From Promethearchaeia archaeon (GTDB lineage Archaea; Asgardarchaeota; Lokiarchaeia; Sigyniarchaeales; SOKP01): a stretch of DNA of 64,000 bases. The stretch's first letter is position 1. Every line of letters starts with the position of its first letter. The DNA lies in NCBI GenBank assembly GCA_029856155.1, contig JAHQWL010000023.1, forward strand, positions 128,001 through 192,000, written 5' to 3'. Below the pieces are notes generated by a model, which saw only the letters and a program-made list of their open reading frames with translations, did no database searches and had not been told where the DNA came from. The translations under genes were made by a program, and so were the position numbers. Shown here piece by piece: positions 42,197 to 52,550 of this stretch.

Positions 42197-42616
42197 CTAT
42201 TCTTCTTTTTCCTTTTTTTTATATAAATTAGGATCTTTTTTTTCAAGTATTAAACGATCACCACCATATCGAGCTTTTCTTCCATGATAGTAGAGTTTAG
42301 ATTTCTCATCACAGATTTTATTCCATTCCTCTAATCCTAACTTTTGTATCATAACAGAATTATACACTTTAGAATTATGAGGTTTAAAGATTTCAAAATT
42401 TACAATTGGTTGCAACATTTCGCAAGGGAAATCAGCACATTCATAGCAAAATTCGTATCCTTTACCCGTGACGCATTCATAAGTTTTACAATCTGGGAAC
42501 TTGAGAATTTGACCTTTTAAATCTCGACATCCTTTACAACCAAAAGAATCTACACCAGGGCATCTCTTACAATAAATTCCACAAGGAGCATGCCATTTTT
42601 TTAAATCTTCAGTCAT
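42197..42616 (-). CDS. Cys-rich DUF3795-like protein
   Basis: APCGIYCKRC, CKGC, C..YEC, FCYECADFPC. Confidence 0.75.
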   Translation of the reverse strand: MTEDLKKWHAPCGIYCKRCPGVDSFGCKGCRDLKGQILKFPDCKTYECVTGKGYEFCYECADFPCEMLQPIVNFEIFKPHNSKVYNSVMIQKLGLEEWNKICDEKSKLYYHGRKARYGGDRLILEKKDPNLYKKKEKEE

Positions 42617-42836
42617 AAATAGTTCCTTTTCTAAGTAGATCTATCATTAGATTAAAGTGTAAAAGAATTATTTAATTTTGTCTTTAAAATGTGATTTAAT
42701 TTGTTTTCAAATTTCAGTTTTTATGAAAACATTTATATAGGTAGTTTATTAATATATTCTTGGAGTTTCTAAACTTCAAATTATATGAAGAATTAAAAAA
42801 TAAAATAATTTCCTTCCAAATGAGGTGATATTAAAA

Positions 42837-42977
42837 GTGAATTATTTTTTATATCCTAAGGGAGATGTAAAAAAATGCAAATTTTGCGAAGGTAATGCTA
42901 TAATATATGTTTGGAGGAGTGATTTAGAAGATTTTGATGAGATAATGTGTCCAGAATGTACCGAAAATGAAAAATAA
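42837..42977 (+). CDS. 46-aa Zn-finger microprotein (below the ORF-track cutoff)
   Basis: GTG start 7 nt after GAGGTGAT; MNYFLYPKGDVKKCKFCEGNAIIYVWRSDLEDFDEIMCPECTENEK. Confidence 0.7.
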   Translation: MNYFLYPKGDVKKCKFCEGNAIIYVWRSDLEDFDEIMCPECTENEK

Positions 42978-42992
42978 TCCATACAATTATAT

Positions 42993-43964
42993 TTAATTTA
43001 TATTAAAAAATCTAACTGCATTACTATAGAGCCATTTTTCCTTTACTTTCTCCTTTAAGGGGAGTTTCATAACTTCATCTGCTAGTTGTTTTATTGATAA
43101 TCCCATAAAGAGCCAAGTGGAACCAAAAAGGATCTTATCTTGCAAAACCGTATTACCAAAATGCATTAGAGGTTCCCATCCTGTTCCTTGCATACTTAGG
43201 TATTTAGGTAAGTAAGAAGCAATATCAATATAAATATTGGGATTACGCCATGCAACAGCGACCATTTCATTTACCCAAGGCCATCCTCCATGTCCAGCGA
43301 TTATCTTTAATTCAGGAAATTCTTGAGCAACAATATCAAGATAAATTGGGCGTTCAACCGCCATAGTATTTGTTGAGTAATTAATGGACATATGAAACCA
43401 TATAGGAATATCCAATTCCACACATGTAGAATATATCGGATACATTCTTTTATCAGTAGGTCGTATCTGAAACATAAAAGGTCTAATTGCAATCCCTCTA
43501 AGACCTATCTCATATGATCTCTGTATTTCTTGAACAACCTTCTTTTTTTTCAAGGGATCAATCCCAGCAATTCCTATGAATTTATCAGGAAATTGATTTA
43601 CTATTTCTGCATAATAATCATTTGAAAGTCCCGCAATACCACTAGGAGTCTCTTCATCTAAATTAAAAATTACTGCTTTTTCTACTCCCATTTCGTTGAG
43701 TTGTTCAACAAAATCTTCAATAGACATGGATAATTTCTTTATTTTAGGTATAAGTGGCTTAATTGCTTCCTTGAGTTCAGATGTATTAAGAGTTGATTTC
43801 ATTTTATAAAGTTCTTCTGGTGTAATACCTAAGATAGGAGCGACTCTTGGACCAAAAATATCTTTAAGATATCTTGCCATTTGCGGAGGTAAAGAGACTA
43901 AAAGATTTATAAACACTTCTTCGGTAGGAACATAACAAAGAGAATCAATGATTTTATAACTCAT
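42993..43964 (-). CDS. Amidohydrolase_2 family protein
   Basis: FIGIAGIDP, PIWFH, IIAGHGGWPW, DKILFGSTW. Confidence 0.85.
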   Translation of the reverse strand: MSYKIIDSLCYVPTEEVFINLLVSLPPQMARYLKDIFGPRVAPILGITPEELYKMKSTLNTSELKEAIKPLIPKIKKLSMSIEDFVEQLNEMGVEKAVIFNLDEETPSGIAGLSNDYYAEIVNQFPDKFIGIAGIDPLKKKKVVQEIQRSYEIGLRGIAIRPFMFQIRPTDKRMYPIYSTCVELDIPIWFHMSINYSTNTMAVERPIYLDIVAQEFPELKIIAGHGGWPWVNEMVAVAWRNPNIYIDIASYLPKYLSMQGTGWEPLMHFGNTVLQDKILFGSTWLFMGLSIKQLADEVMKLPLKEKVKEKWLYSNAVRFFNIN

Positions 43965-44147
43965 TAATATCCCGCTTTTATTATTCTATACAATTATTAG
44001 AAATAATAATTAAAGATTGTATTTATTTAGAATGAATAAATCAAATGAAATAGATCGTCGCAGAAATTAGAAAATTTGTAATGTATTCTCCTTTTAATGT
44101 GCCGAAATACTTACTTTCTGGATTCTAACAGAATCGGATGTGAAATA

Positions 44148-44420
44148 ATGGGTAGAACTGTACCTTCTTTTAGACCTGCCTTGGAGCATGAAATCGAAAG
44201 CTGGAAGGACTTCAAAAGGGCGTTACGTCCTGAAGAACAGAAGATATTTGATAAATTGATGAATTTTGCTCGAATACACGCTGATGCTGGTAGCATGAGT
44301 GCACGTCCAATGCTATCAGAAGTACTATTCATCTCCTTTGCAGTTGAACAAGAAAAAAAAATCGAAGTATTAGAAAAGAAGGTAAAAGAATTGGAAGAAA
44401 TGATAAAAGGGAAAGATTAG
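44148..44420 (+). CDS. Small PolB2-associated protein (PPB2-type)
   Basis: MGRTVPSFR...W.DFKRALRPEEQ.IFD; ends 3 nt before polB2. Confidence 0.8.
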   Translation: MGRTVPSFRPALEHEIESWKDFKRALRPEEQKIFDKLMNFARIHADAGSMSARPMLSEVLFISFAVEQEKKIEVLEKKVKELEEMIKGKD

Positions 44421-44423
44421 AGA

Positions 44424-46832
44424 GTGGATTTTCAAGATCAATTCGACGGTTGGCTTTTAGATGTTTCTACTTATAGTGGTGGAGTAATTCTATGGGTGAA
44501 AACAGTAAAAGAGCAAAAGATTGTAAATATATTCCATGATTTCCACCCCGAGTTTTTTGCCGTGCCAAAGCGACATGTTGGCAAAGATTTCAAGAGATTA
44601 AAACAGATCCTTAAATCCCATCATAATGTAAAAGGTGTGAGAATCTGTGAAAAATATGTGAAGCTAGAGGATCATGAAAAAACAAAAATATTAGGAGTTT
44701 CTGTAGTAAAACCATCAATTTTTAAGAAGACAATAAAAGAAATCGATAAAATTGGTCTTTTTACATTGTACAACACCGATCTTCCGATATCTCAGATGTA
44801 TTTCTATACGAATGACTTATTTCCCATGTCTCTTTGCAGTTTCAGGGTCAAATGTGAAAATAAGAGAAGAACTGGAGCACCCGCTATGCGTTTGAGATCA
44901 TTAGAATTAAATGATAATAATGAAGAACTGTTTTACGACTTACCTCCTCTAAAAGCTGTGTGGTTGGATATAAAAGTACAGCAGCATGGGATGAGGTCAT
45001 ATTACAATGATCCATTGCTATATGCAGAAGTCAGTATTGTTGAAAAAGATAAGAAAGCCAACATTCCAAGGGCAGATGGACAGAGAAAAAGAAAGATTCT
45101 AATCGATAAAGCTGATGAAGCTGAAACCATTAAGACCATCAGTAAGGTGATTGAGCGATTGGATCCTGACATTATATTAACACATGGAGGAGATGAATTT
45201 GTATTTCCTTACTTAGCAGCTCGAGCATCAGTGAATCAAATATCAAAAGAACTATATTTTTCTCGAACACGAACACCACTTAGAAATTGTATCTTTAATC
45301 TTTCAGGAAACTCAGATCACTATATGTCTTATGGGATAATAATGCGACGCTCTAAAACGCAAGTCTACTTTACGGGGCGTTTTCATTTAGACACTACAAC
45401 TTATGGTAGTTTACATTTTAGTGAGGGTAATATACCAGGAGTTATTGAAGTTGCAAGAGTGTCTCGAGTTCCGATGCAAAGGTTATGTAGAGTAACAATT
45501 GGGGGTGCTCTTCAATCAATACAATACTATAATGCATATAAACTAGATCACCTTATCCCACCTTTCAAAAAGAGCCCAGAAGGTTTTCGAAGTGGTATGG
45601 AGTTGATTACAAATGATCGAGGGGGTCACATTTTTGAACCCTTAATTGGAGTCTATGATCAAGTGGTAGAATTAGATTTTTCAAGCATGTACCCCTCTCT
45701 AATGGCAAACTTTAATATTTCATCGGAGACGATTAATTGTAAGTGTTGTAAGGATGATGGAACAGGAATTAAAGTACCTGGCACAAATTTCCATATATGC
45801 ACAAAAAGGGAGGGAATTATCTCAAAATCAATTAGCCTGCCGTTGAGAAAACGTTTAGAGTGCAAAGAATATAACAAGACACATGATGATCTACGGTACA
45901 AATTCACGGATATTGCTTTAAAATGGGTACTCGTAGTAAGTTTTGGCTATTTAGGATTTAAAAATGCTCGCTTTGGCAAAATTGAGGCTCATCAAACAGT
46001 CTGTGCTTTTGCGCGTGAGTTTTTATTGAGATCTGCTGAGATTGCTAAAAAATATGGTTGCAAAGTCGTTCATGGGATTGTTGACTCAATGTGGCTTCAA
46101 GACACAAAAGGAAGAACTCCAGAAGAATTTGAGAATGTCACTATAGAAATCGCAAATTTGATCTCTGAGCAGACTCGAATTCCAATGAATTGGGAAGGGA
46201 GATATAATGTGATTGTGTTCCTTCCATCTCGTGCTGAGCCTGACGTACCAGCGCTTAGTCACTATTGGGGTATAAAGAGTAATGGAGAATTGAAAGTAAG
46301 AGGTATTGAAGTAAGGCGTAGAGATATGCCAAAAATTGTGAAGGATGCGCAATATGCATTCATTGATATATTTCAAGGTGCAGAGACCGTTGAAGAGTTT
46401 TTAGAAAGAATTCCAAAAGCAAAGAAAACACTCTATGATTATGTAGAAAGACTATACTCTGGTAAAGTATCCCGTGATGAGCTTACAATTCGTCAAAAAA
46501 TATCTCGTAAACCTTCCCAATATAAGGTAAATTCATATCAAGCAGTTGCGGCTAAGCAGTTAGAACGATCAGGCGTCATTGCGTCAGCTGGAAAGAATGT
46601 AAGATATATTATCCTTAACGCTGATGCTGATCCAAATTTTCCTGAAAAAAAGGTCATACTTTCAGATTTATATGATGAGAAAAAGCATGGATACGATAGA
46701 AAGAAATATGTTGAATTACTGAAAAGAGCTTTTGAAAACATTTTTCCTTTTGAATTCCCAGAACTTGAGGAATTAATATCATCAGATTATAATAAGAAGT
46801 CTGTTCAAAAAGATCTTTCTTGCTTTATTTAA
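44424..46832 (+). CDS. polB2: Family B DNA polymerase, PolB2 clade
   Basis: DFSSMYPS, KWVLVVSFGYLG, HGIVDS (versus YGDTDS), RGIEVRRRD; degenerate exonuclease motifs. Confidence 0.92.
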   Translation: MDFQDQFDGWLLDVSTYSGGVILWVKTVKEQKIVNIFHDFHPEFFAVPKRHVGKDFKRLKQILKSHHNVKGVRICEKYVKLEDHEKTKILGVSVVKPSIFKKTIKEIDKIGLFTLYNTDLPISQMYFYTNDLFPMSLCSFRVKCENKRRTGAPAMRLRSLELNDNNEELFYDLPPLKAVWLDIKVQQHGMRSYYNDPLLYAEVSIVEKDKKANIPRADGQRKRKILIDKADEAETIKTISKVIERLDPDIILTHGGDEFVFPYLAARASVNQISKELYFSRTRTPLRNCIFNLSGNSDHYMSYGIIMRRSKTQVYFTGRFHLDTTTYGSLHFSEGNIPGVIEVARVSRVPMQRLCRVTIGGALQSIQYYNAYKLDHLIPPFKKSPEGFRSGMELITNDRGGHIFEPLIGVYDQVVELDFSSMYPSLMANFNISSETINCKCCKDDGTGIKVPGTNFHICTKREGIISKSISLPLRKRLECKEYNKTHDDLRYKFTDIALKWVLVVSFGYLGFKNARFGKIEAHQTVCAFAREFLLRSAEIAKKYGCKVVHGIVDSMWLQDTKGRTPEEFENVTIEIANLISEQTRIPMNWEGRYNVIVFLPSRAEPDVPALSHYWGIKSNGELKVRGIEVRRRDMPKIVKDAQYAFIDIFQGAETVEEFLERIPKAKKTLYDYVERLYSGKVSRDELTIRQKISRKPSQYKVNSYQAVAAKQLERSGVIASAGKNVRYIILNADADPNFPEKKVILSDLYDEKKHGYDRKKYVELLKRAFENIFPFEFPELEELISSDYNKKSVQKDLSCFI

Positions 46833-46851
46833 TTTAAATAAAAAAAAAAGA

Positions 46852-47391
46852 TTATGGGATTAGAAGTATCTGAAAAAAATCTAGAATTATTGCTACTAAA
46901 CAGAATAATTCTAATAATATCCAGAGATTTCGTTTTAAACTTCTTAATGCGCTTAGTGGTTTACCAAAGTAGTTTATTAAGTTATATATGAAGATAATTA
47001 CCCAAGTAGTGCCCAGAAAAATAATTGGAAGTAATAATGCAGTCAATTCATGACCAACATAGTTTAATAAGTATTCATAACCTAGTATTGTAAATCCCAT
47101 TATTATAAGAGTAAAACCAAGCCCGAATGAGTATTCTGCAAAAGTTACAAATCGGTTAATGCGTTCTTCTGAAACTTCTTCTAGATTGGCTTCGAATGCA
47201 GCCTTAGAATTAGCAGATACAGAATTAACAAAGAAAATAAATGATACCATCAGTAAAAATGTTGCTGTAACTATTCCACTAGGAGGCGCAACTTGCCAAA
47301 TTAAAGCAAGAATCGTTAGAACTGCACCAATCATGACAGTACTTAATGTAATCCAATCCTTAACATTAATTTTCTGTTCTTGATTACTCAT
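46852..47391 (-). CDS. Hypothetical membrane protein
   Basis: About 5 hydrophobic segments. Confidence 0.7.
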   Translation of the reverse strand: MSNQEQKINVKDWITLSTVMIGAVLTILALIWQVAPPSGIVTATFLLMVSFIFFVNSVSANSKAAFEANLEEVSEERINRFVTFAEYSFGLGFTLIIMGFTILGYEYLLNYVGHELTALLLPIIFLGTTWVIIFIYNLINYFGKPLSALRSLKRNLWILLELFCLVAIILDFFQILLIP

Positions 47392-47764
47392 TTTCTTATA
47401 AGTGTAATTTTTATGTGATTAAAATAACTAAAATCACAGTATTTCAAAATTTTAATATTAATTAATGAAAAATGAAATCATAATAAGAATAAAAAAGTAA
47501 TTAGAAAGGTTGCCTTATGATTGTCTTCATATTTTCTGGTTTCGTTCTTCGAGGATCACTGAGATAAATCTCATGATGTTTTTTATCATGACCATCAAAA
47601 GATCACTCTTAAATATCTTTATTAAATTAATTTTTTTGTGCTTTTGTCACGTATTATAGAATATAAAACTTAAATCTAAATAGACAAATTTGTATTATTT
47701 TGATGGATATTAGAAAACTGATACACTGTATTAATTTATTTTCATAAAATACAAGTATAAAATT

Positions 47765-47923
47765 ATGTCAAAAGCACTTTCCTATTATGATTGGGAATTA
47801 TCATTCAAGAATAAAAATGAACCTAAAAAGAATTTGAAAAATGATAATTTCAATGCTATTGGTATATCTGAAATTAGTTTTAAAGATTTTATGAATAAAT
47901 GGAAAAAAGAGAATCTTTCATAA
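47765..47923 (+). CDS. Possible 52-aa small protein
   Basis: ATG..TAA open frame in an otherwise empty 600-bp gap; MSKALSYYDWELSF...FKDFMNKWKKENLS. Confidence 0.4.
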   Translation: MSKALSYYDWELSFKNKNEPKKNLKNDNFNAIGISEISFKDFMNKWKKENLS

Positions 47924-48001
47924 ATTTCAAGCTTGTTTTTTAGAGATTTTAATTATCGATTTATTAATTGAAAATGATATTTTACTATATTTTAATTAAC
48001 C

Positions 48002-50593
48002 CTATTCAATTATATCGTATCGGTTAAAAAGTTTAACGATTAGCTTAACAAACCAAAAATATTTCTTTGAAATTTTACTAATTAATGTATTTAAAAATGG
48101 CATACCATCATCAGCTTTAGATGGGAGATTCCTCTCAAAATCAGGCCAACTTAGCCCACCAGTTGCCTTAGGAGGTTTACCAAAACTTTTTACATTTTTC
48201 CAGTCATTTCCATTAGGTGTTGACCCTAACCATGTTTTATCTGTTTTAATAAAAATTAATTCTTCTGATTTTAATTTTATAATTCCCAATACATTAATCG
48301 GTCCTATCCCTCCAATATAATCAAAATTTTCAATAATAATCAAATTCTCACCTTTTCTAATAAAATCTTTAATATTAAAAATCTGAATATTTTTTTCAAT
48401 CCCAACAAAATTTAATGTTCTTCTTGTAATTACATGACCAATATATTCATTATTTATATAAATTTTAGCGAAACTCCCCGCGATTACTTGTAAGTAAGCG
48501 TGATCGATTTCTTCGTCAATATAAATATCTTTTTTATAATAGGTTTTATGCGCTTCATGGATCTTATTCGAATCTAGATAAATTAGTTCACTAGGGATGT
48601 TAGGATCTTCCCATTGACTATTAGTTCTAAGTTCATTTAATTTGTCATCATAAAACTTTAATAACCATAAATATTTCTGCTTAATTGACTTAAATCCCTC
48701 TTTCCTAGAGCAATTTAGCCATAAAATTTCATACTCATTTAATAAATCTGTTAAATACTCCTTCAAATCTTCAATTTCTTTTATCAATCGATCTTTACGA
48801 TTTTCATCTTTTTTAAAAATATATTCAATAGACGTTTTTGAATTAATCCTTTTTTTACAATAAAATTTTAAATGCTTGGCAATAAAAGCAAGATTTCTAA
48901 TATTTACATTATTTTTAGGGATGATTTTTTCCAGATTTTCGCATTTTTCAATTATAGCTTCCAAATCAGAAATTAATTTTTCATAACCCTTAGTTTTTAT
49001 ACTTTTTTTGTATCTAGAAGTTTTTTTATTAAAAGGATGAGCGAAAAAATGATTGTAATACCCCGAAGGTCTTGTATGCAATAAATTTTTATCTTGTATT
49101 AATCTAAATTTGCTAAATATTTCTACTAATCGGTGATCATCTATTCCAAAAAAATGAATAAATAATCCTTTCCAAAATTTAAATTTATTAATTTCTTTAA
49201 GAGGGTTCCAACCTACCATAGCAGAGAAAATAAAACCATAAATTCTATTCTCTCGAATTTCTTTGTTTCTATAATCACCCCAACTTGATGTAATTTCTCC
49301 AATTGCTCCTTTCTCATAACCATATTTAAGTAAATACGAAATATTTTGTTCATATTTATCAATTGATGGAAAAATTCGATTAAAATCCATTATTGAAGGA
49401 CTAACGATTATTGGAAAATCAAATTTTTTAACTTTATCCAAAATAGGATGCGTTTTCTTTACATTATACTTCCAGTATAATATAATCATATCTTTAGGTA
49501 AATTTTCGAGAACCTCCTTAAATTTATAAAGAACATCATGATAGATAATAACTTTTTGATATCCATGCTTTTTTACAATTTCATATACTTTTTTATAATG
49601 CTTTAGGTAAGCATTTCCAAGACCGACCTCATCAATATACGACTTTGAATTTACTTTACCAACATCTTCACTTTCATCGGCTCCTATATGAAAATAATCA
49701 GAAGTAAAAACTTCACTCAATTCACCAATCATTTTATCTAACATTTCATAAATTTCTTCATTTGCAATATTTAAGCTATTTGAACCTTGAAATTCTCCAT
49801 ACTTCCAATAATTAGGATTTTGCAAAGTATTATCCCAGTGTCCTATAGTTTGGAAAACAGGAATTACTTCAATAAACCATTTTTTTGCAAAATCAATTAA
49901 TTCTCTTATCTCTTCTTTAGAATATGCTCCTCTATCTTTCCCGATATCGGGATAGTTTTCAAACTTAAACATATCTAGCATATAAACCAAATAATATTGA
50001 TTTATCTTATAATGACTTATGATTTTAATGAATTTCTTTAAATTTTCAATTTTAGGTGCTTGACCTCTTGAAATATCATCAGAAATACCACGAATTTGTA
50101 AAGAAGGAAAGTCTAATATTCCTAAATTAATTAATGAAAATTTATCTTGAGCTGAGTTTAATAATTGAATAAAAGTCTGCACTCCATAGAAAATCCCTTG
50201 TAATGAATTAGCTTCTATAATTACTTTAGAATCTCTAGAGATTAAGAGATATCCTTGATCTTTATAAATCTTATTCGTTTTAACTTTATTATAGAGTGAT
50301 TCTGGAAAAACAGATATACTATTTTTTAGAAATGATTTTATTTCTAGATATTTCTCATGATCTTGGACTTCAACAACATCTATATTCTTCTTTAAACCAG
50401 AAGATCTTAACGAACTGTGTATCTGTTCAATAAAATAATTACTTTTTTCTGTTAAATCTGTATAAAATTTTGAAAATTCATTAATTTTCATTCTTTGAGA
50501 ATTAATTATTTTAAGGTATTGAGGGGAAGGAATTAACAATAATTCTTCCTGCGTTCCTTGAGTTTGAATTAAATTATCTAAATAAAGAAACAT
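48002..50593 (-). CDS. GH20 beta-N-acetylhexosaminidase-like glycoside hydrolase
   Basis: [41 protein letters not shown]. Confidence 0.88.
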   Translation of the reverse strand: MFLYLDNLIQTQGTQEELLLIPSPQYLKIINSQRMKINEFSKFYTDLTEKSNYFIEQIHSSLRSSGLKKNIDVVEVQDHEKYLEIKSFLKNSISVFPESLYNKVKTNKIYKDQGYLLISRDSKVIIEANSLQGIFYGVQTFIQLLNSAQDKFSLINLGILDFPSLQIRGISDDISRGQAPKIENLKKFIKIISHYKINQYYLVYMLDMFKFENYPDIGKDRGAYSKEEIRELIDFAKKWFIEVIPVFQTIGHWDNTLQNPNYWKYGEFQGSNSLNIANEEIYEMLDKMIGELSEVFTSDYFHIGADESEDVGKVNSKSYIDEVGLGNAYLKHYKKVYEIVKKHGYQKVIIYHDVLYKFKEVLENLPKDMIILYWKYNVKKTHPILDKVKKFDFPIIVSPSIMDFNRIFPSIDKYEQNISYLLKYGYEKGAIGEITSSWGDYRNKEIRENRIYGFIFSAMVGWNPLKEINKFKFWKGLFIHFFGIDDHRLVEIFSKFRLIQDKNLLHTRPSGYYNHFFAHPFNKKTSRYKKSIKTKGYEKLISDLEAIIEKCENLEKIIPKNNVNIRNLAFIAKHLKFYCKKRINSKTSIEYIFKKDENRKDRLIKEIEDLKEYLTDLLNEYEILWLNCSRKEGFKSIKQKYLWLLKFYDDKLNELRTNSQWEDPNIPSELIYLDSNKIHEAHKTYYKKDIYIDEEIDHAYLQVIAGSFAKIYINNEYIGHVITRRTLNFVGIEKNIQIFNIKDFIRKGENLIIIENFDYIGGIGPINVLGIIKLKSEELIFIKTDKTWLGSTPNGNDWKNVKSFGKPPKATGGLSWPDFERNLPSKADDGMPFLNTLISKISKKYFWFVKLIVKLFNRYDIIE

Positions 50594-50659
50594 AATACTA
50601 ATTAAATAGGATAAAAAAAAAACTTAGCGAAAAATTGAAAATTTAGATGAAATTTGAAT

Positions 50660-52345
50660 TTATACTTCTTCTCCTCTTCTTTTAGCTTCGATCTCTTTTA
50701 AATCTTTTCTTTGCACTTTACCTACTAAAGTTTCTGGAAGTTCTTTTCTGAATTCTATGAATTTTGGAACTTTATAGGGTGCTACAGTTTGTCGTAGGAA
50801 CTCTTTTATTTCATTCTTTATTTCATCCGTCTCTTGATATCCATCTTTTAATACAATATATGCCTTAACTTTTTCACTACCAGGAAGATTAGGATCAGGG
50901 ACTCCTATTATAGCAGCTTTTTCAATCGGTTCATATTCAAATAAAACATCTTCTATTTCTCTTGGATACACTTTAAATCCACTTACATCAATCATATCTT
51001 TCTTTCTATCGACAATATAGAAATATCCATCTTCATCCATTTTTCCAATATCTCCAGTCAATAACCAACCATCTTTTAATTGATTTTCTGTTTCTTCTGG
51101 CTTATTCCAATATCCTTTCATAATCTGAGGTCCTTTCATAAATATCTCTCCAGCTTCTCCGGGAGGTAAAATCTTCCTATAATCATCAATGTCCACGATT
51201 CTAACTTCTGTATCAGGAATAGGCATGCCAACAGAACCTACTTTTCTAATACCTGAAAATGGATTGCTATGTGTTACTGGTGAGGTTTCTGTTAATCCAT
51301 ATCCTTCAAGTATTATACCACCTGTTCTCTTTTCAAATTCTTTCTGAACTTCAGGTGGCATTGGAGCTGCTCCTGTATTACAGACTCTAATAGATTTCAA
51401 ATCTTTAGCGTAATCTTCGAGATCGTCTCTTTCTAATAGACGCATATAAATTGTTGGTACTCCTGGAAACATTGTAGGATGTGTAGCTTTTATTATTTCG
51501 AATAAAGATTTCTGATCTCGAGGATCGGGATTTAAAGCTATTGTTGATGCCATATAAATGTGTAAGTTCATACATACTGTTTGACCATAAATATGAAATA
51601 AGGGTAAATTCGTTAGGATGATTTCTTTTCCTCTTCTAAATTCATCACCCGCCCATTTTGTCACCGCCACACAATTTGATACAATATTATGGTGAGTAAG
51701 CATCGCCCCTTTAGGTAACCCTGTCGTACCTCCCGTATATTGAAGGCATACTAAATCTTCCTTTACGTTAGTTTCAAATTTAGGCGGATTTGGCTTTGTT
51801 TTATTGATCAAATTAATAAATTGTATAGTCCCTGAGATTTCAGCAGGATTTCTTGGAGCCATTGGGGAATAGTCTAATACATTGGATATAATCACATGTC
51901 TGAGACGAGTTCTATCTTTAATTTTATTAATTTTTTCAATTTGATTATCCCAAGCAATAATTATTTCAGCTCCACAGTCATTTAATTGATAAGCAAGCTC
52001 ATGTTCTGTGTGTAACACTGAACAAGCAGTAACAATTCCACCTGCTTTCAAAATTCCATAATAGCTTATAATAAACTGAGGAAAATTAGGGAACATTATT
52101 GCAACAACATCCCCTTTTTTAAGACCTAAATTAATCAAAGCTGTTGCTAGCCTATCTGCCATATCATTTAGATTTTTATAAGATATCTTATTTTTCATAA
52201 ACCAAATCGCAGTTCGACCACCGAAATCTTTCGCAGCATTGTCAAGAAATTCATAAACATTCATTTCAGGATAATCAATACTGCTAGGAACTCCTTCATC
52301 GTAATTTTTAATCCAAATCTTCTCTGCATACGGATCTTCAATCAT
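50660..52345 (-). CDS. Long-chain fatty acid-CoA ligase
   Basis: QYTGGTTGLPKG, GYGLTET, LTGDIG, LPETLVGKV. Confidence 0.93.
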   Translation of the reverse strand: MIEDPYAEKIWIKNYDEGVPSSIDYPEMNVYEFLDNAAKDFGGRTAIWFMKNKISYKNLNDMADRLATALINLGLKKGDVVAIMFPNFPQFIISYYGILKAGGIVTACSVLHTEHELAYQLNDCGAEIIIAWDNQIEKINKIKDRTRLRHVIISNVLDYSPMAPRNPAEISGTIQFINLINKTKPNPPKFETNVKEDLVCLQYTGGTTGLPKGAMLTHHNIVSNCVAVTKWAGDEFRRGKEIILTNLPLFHIYGQTVCMNLHIYMASTIALNPDPRDQKSLFEIIKATHPTMFPGVPTIYMRLLERDDLEDYAKDLKSIRVCNTGAAPMPPEVQKEFEKRTGGIILEGYGLTETSPVTHSNPFSGIRKVGSVGMPIPDTEVRIVDIDDYRKILPPGEAGEIFMKGPQIMKGYWNKPEETENQLKDGWLLTGDIGKMDEDGYFYIVDRKKDMIDVSGFKVYPREIEDVLFEYEPIEKAAIIGVPDPNLPGSEKVKAYIVLKDGYQETDEIKNEIKEFLRQTVAPYKVPKFIEFRKELPETLVGKVQRKDLKEIEAKRRGEEV

Positions 52346-52550
52346 TCATTTCTTACCTTTTTTTTATGTTTTTATTAATTATTTTTAAAAAAATATAGAT
52401 TTTTTAATAATATTTTTGTTCTTCTTATCTCCAAATTTTAATTTTCAATAGTTTATAATAATTAAAATCCTATCATTTTTTTCAAATACTCTTTTCTTAT
52501 AAACCAGATCTCATTAAACTTCAAATAGAATATTGATATCTACTTATTGG

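Noticed and set aside
44424-46832. PolB as a casposon/viral polymerase or as a pseudogene
   Set aside because: No cas1, integrase or terminal repeats; HGIVDS and the degenerate exonuclease are normal for PolB2; the ORF is intact
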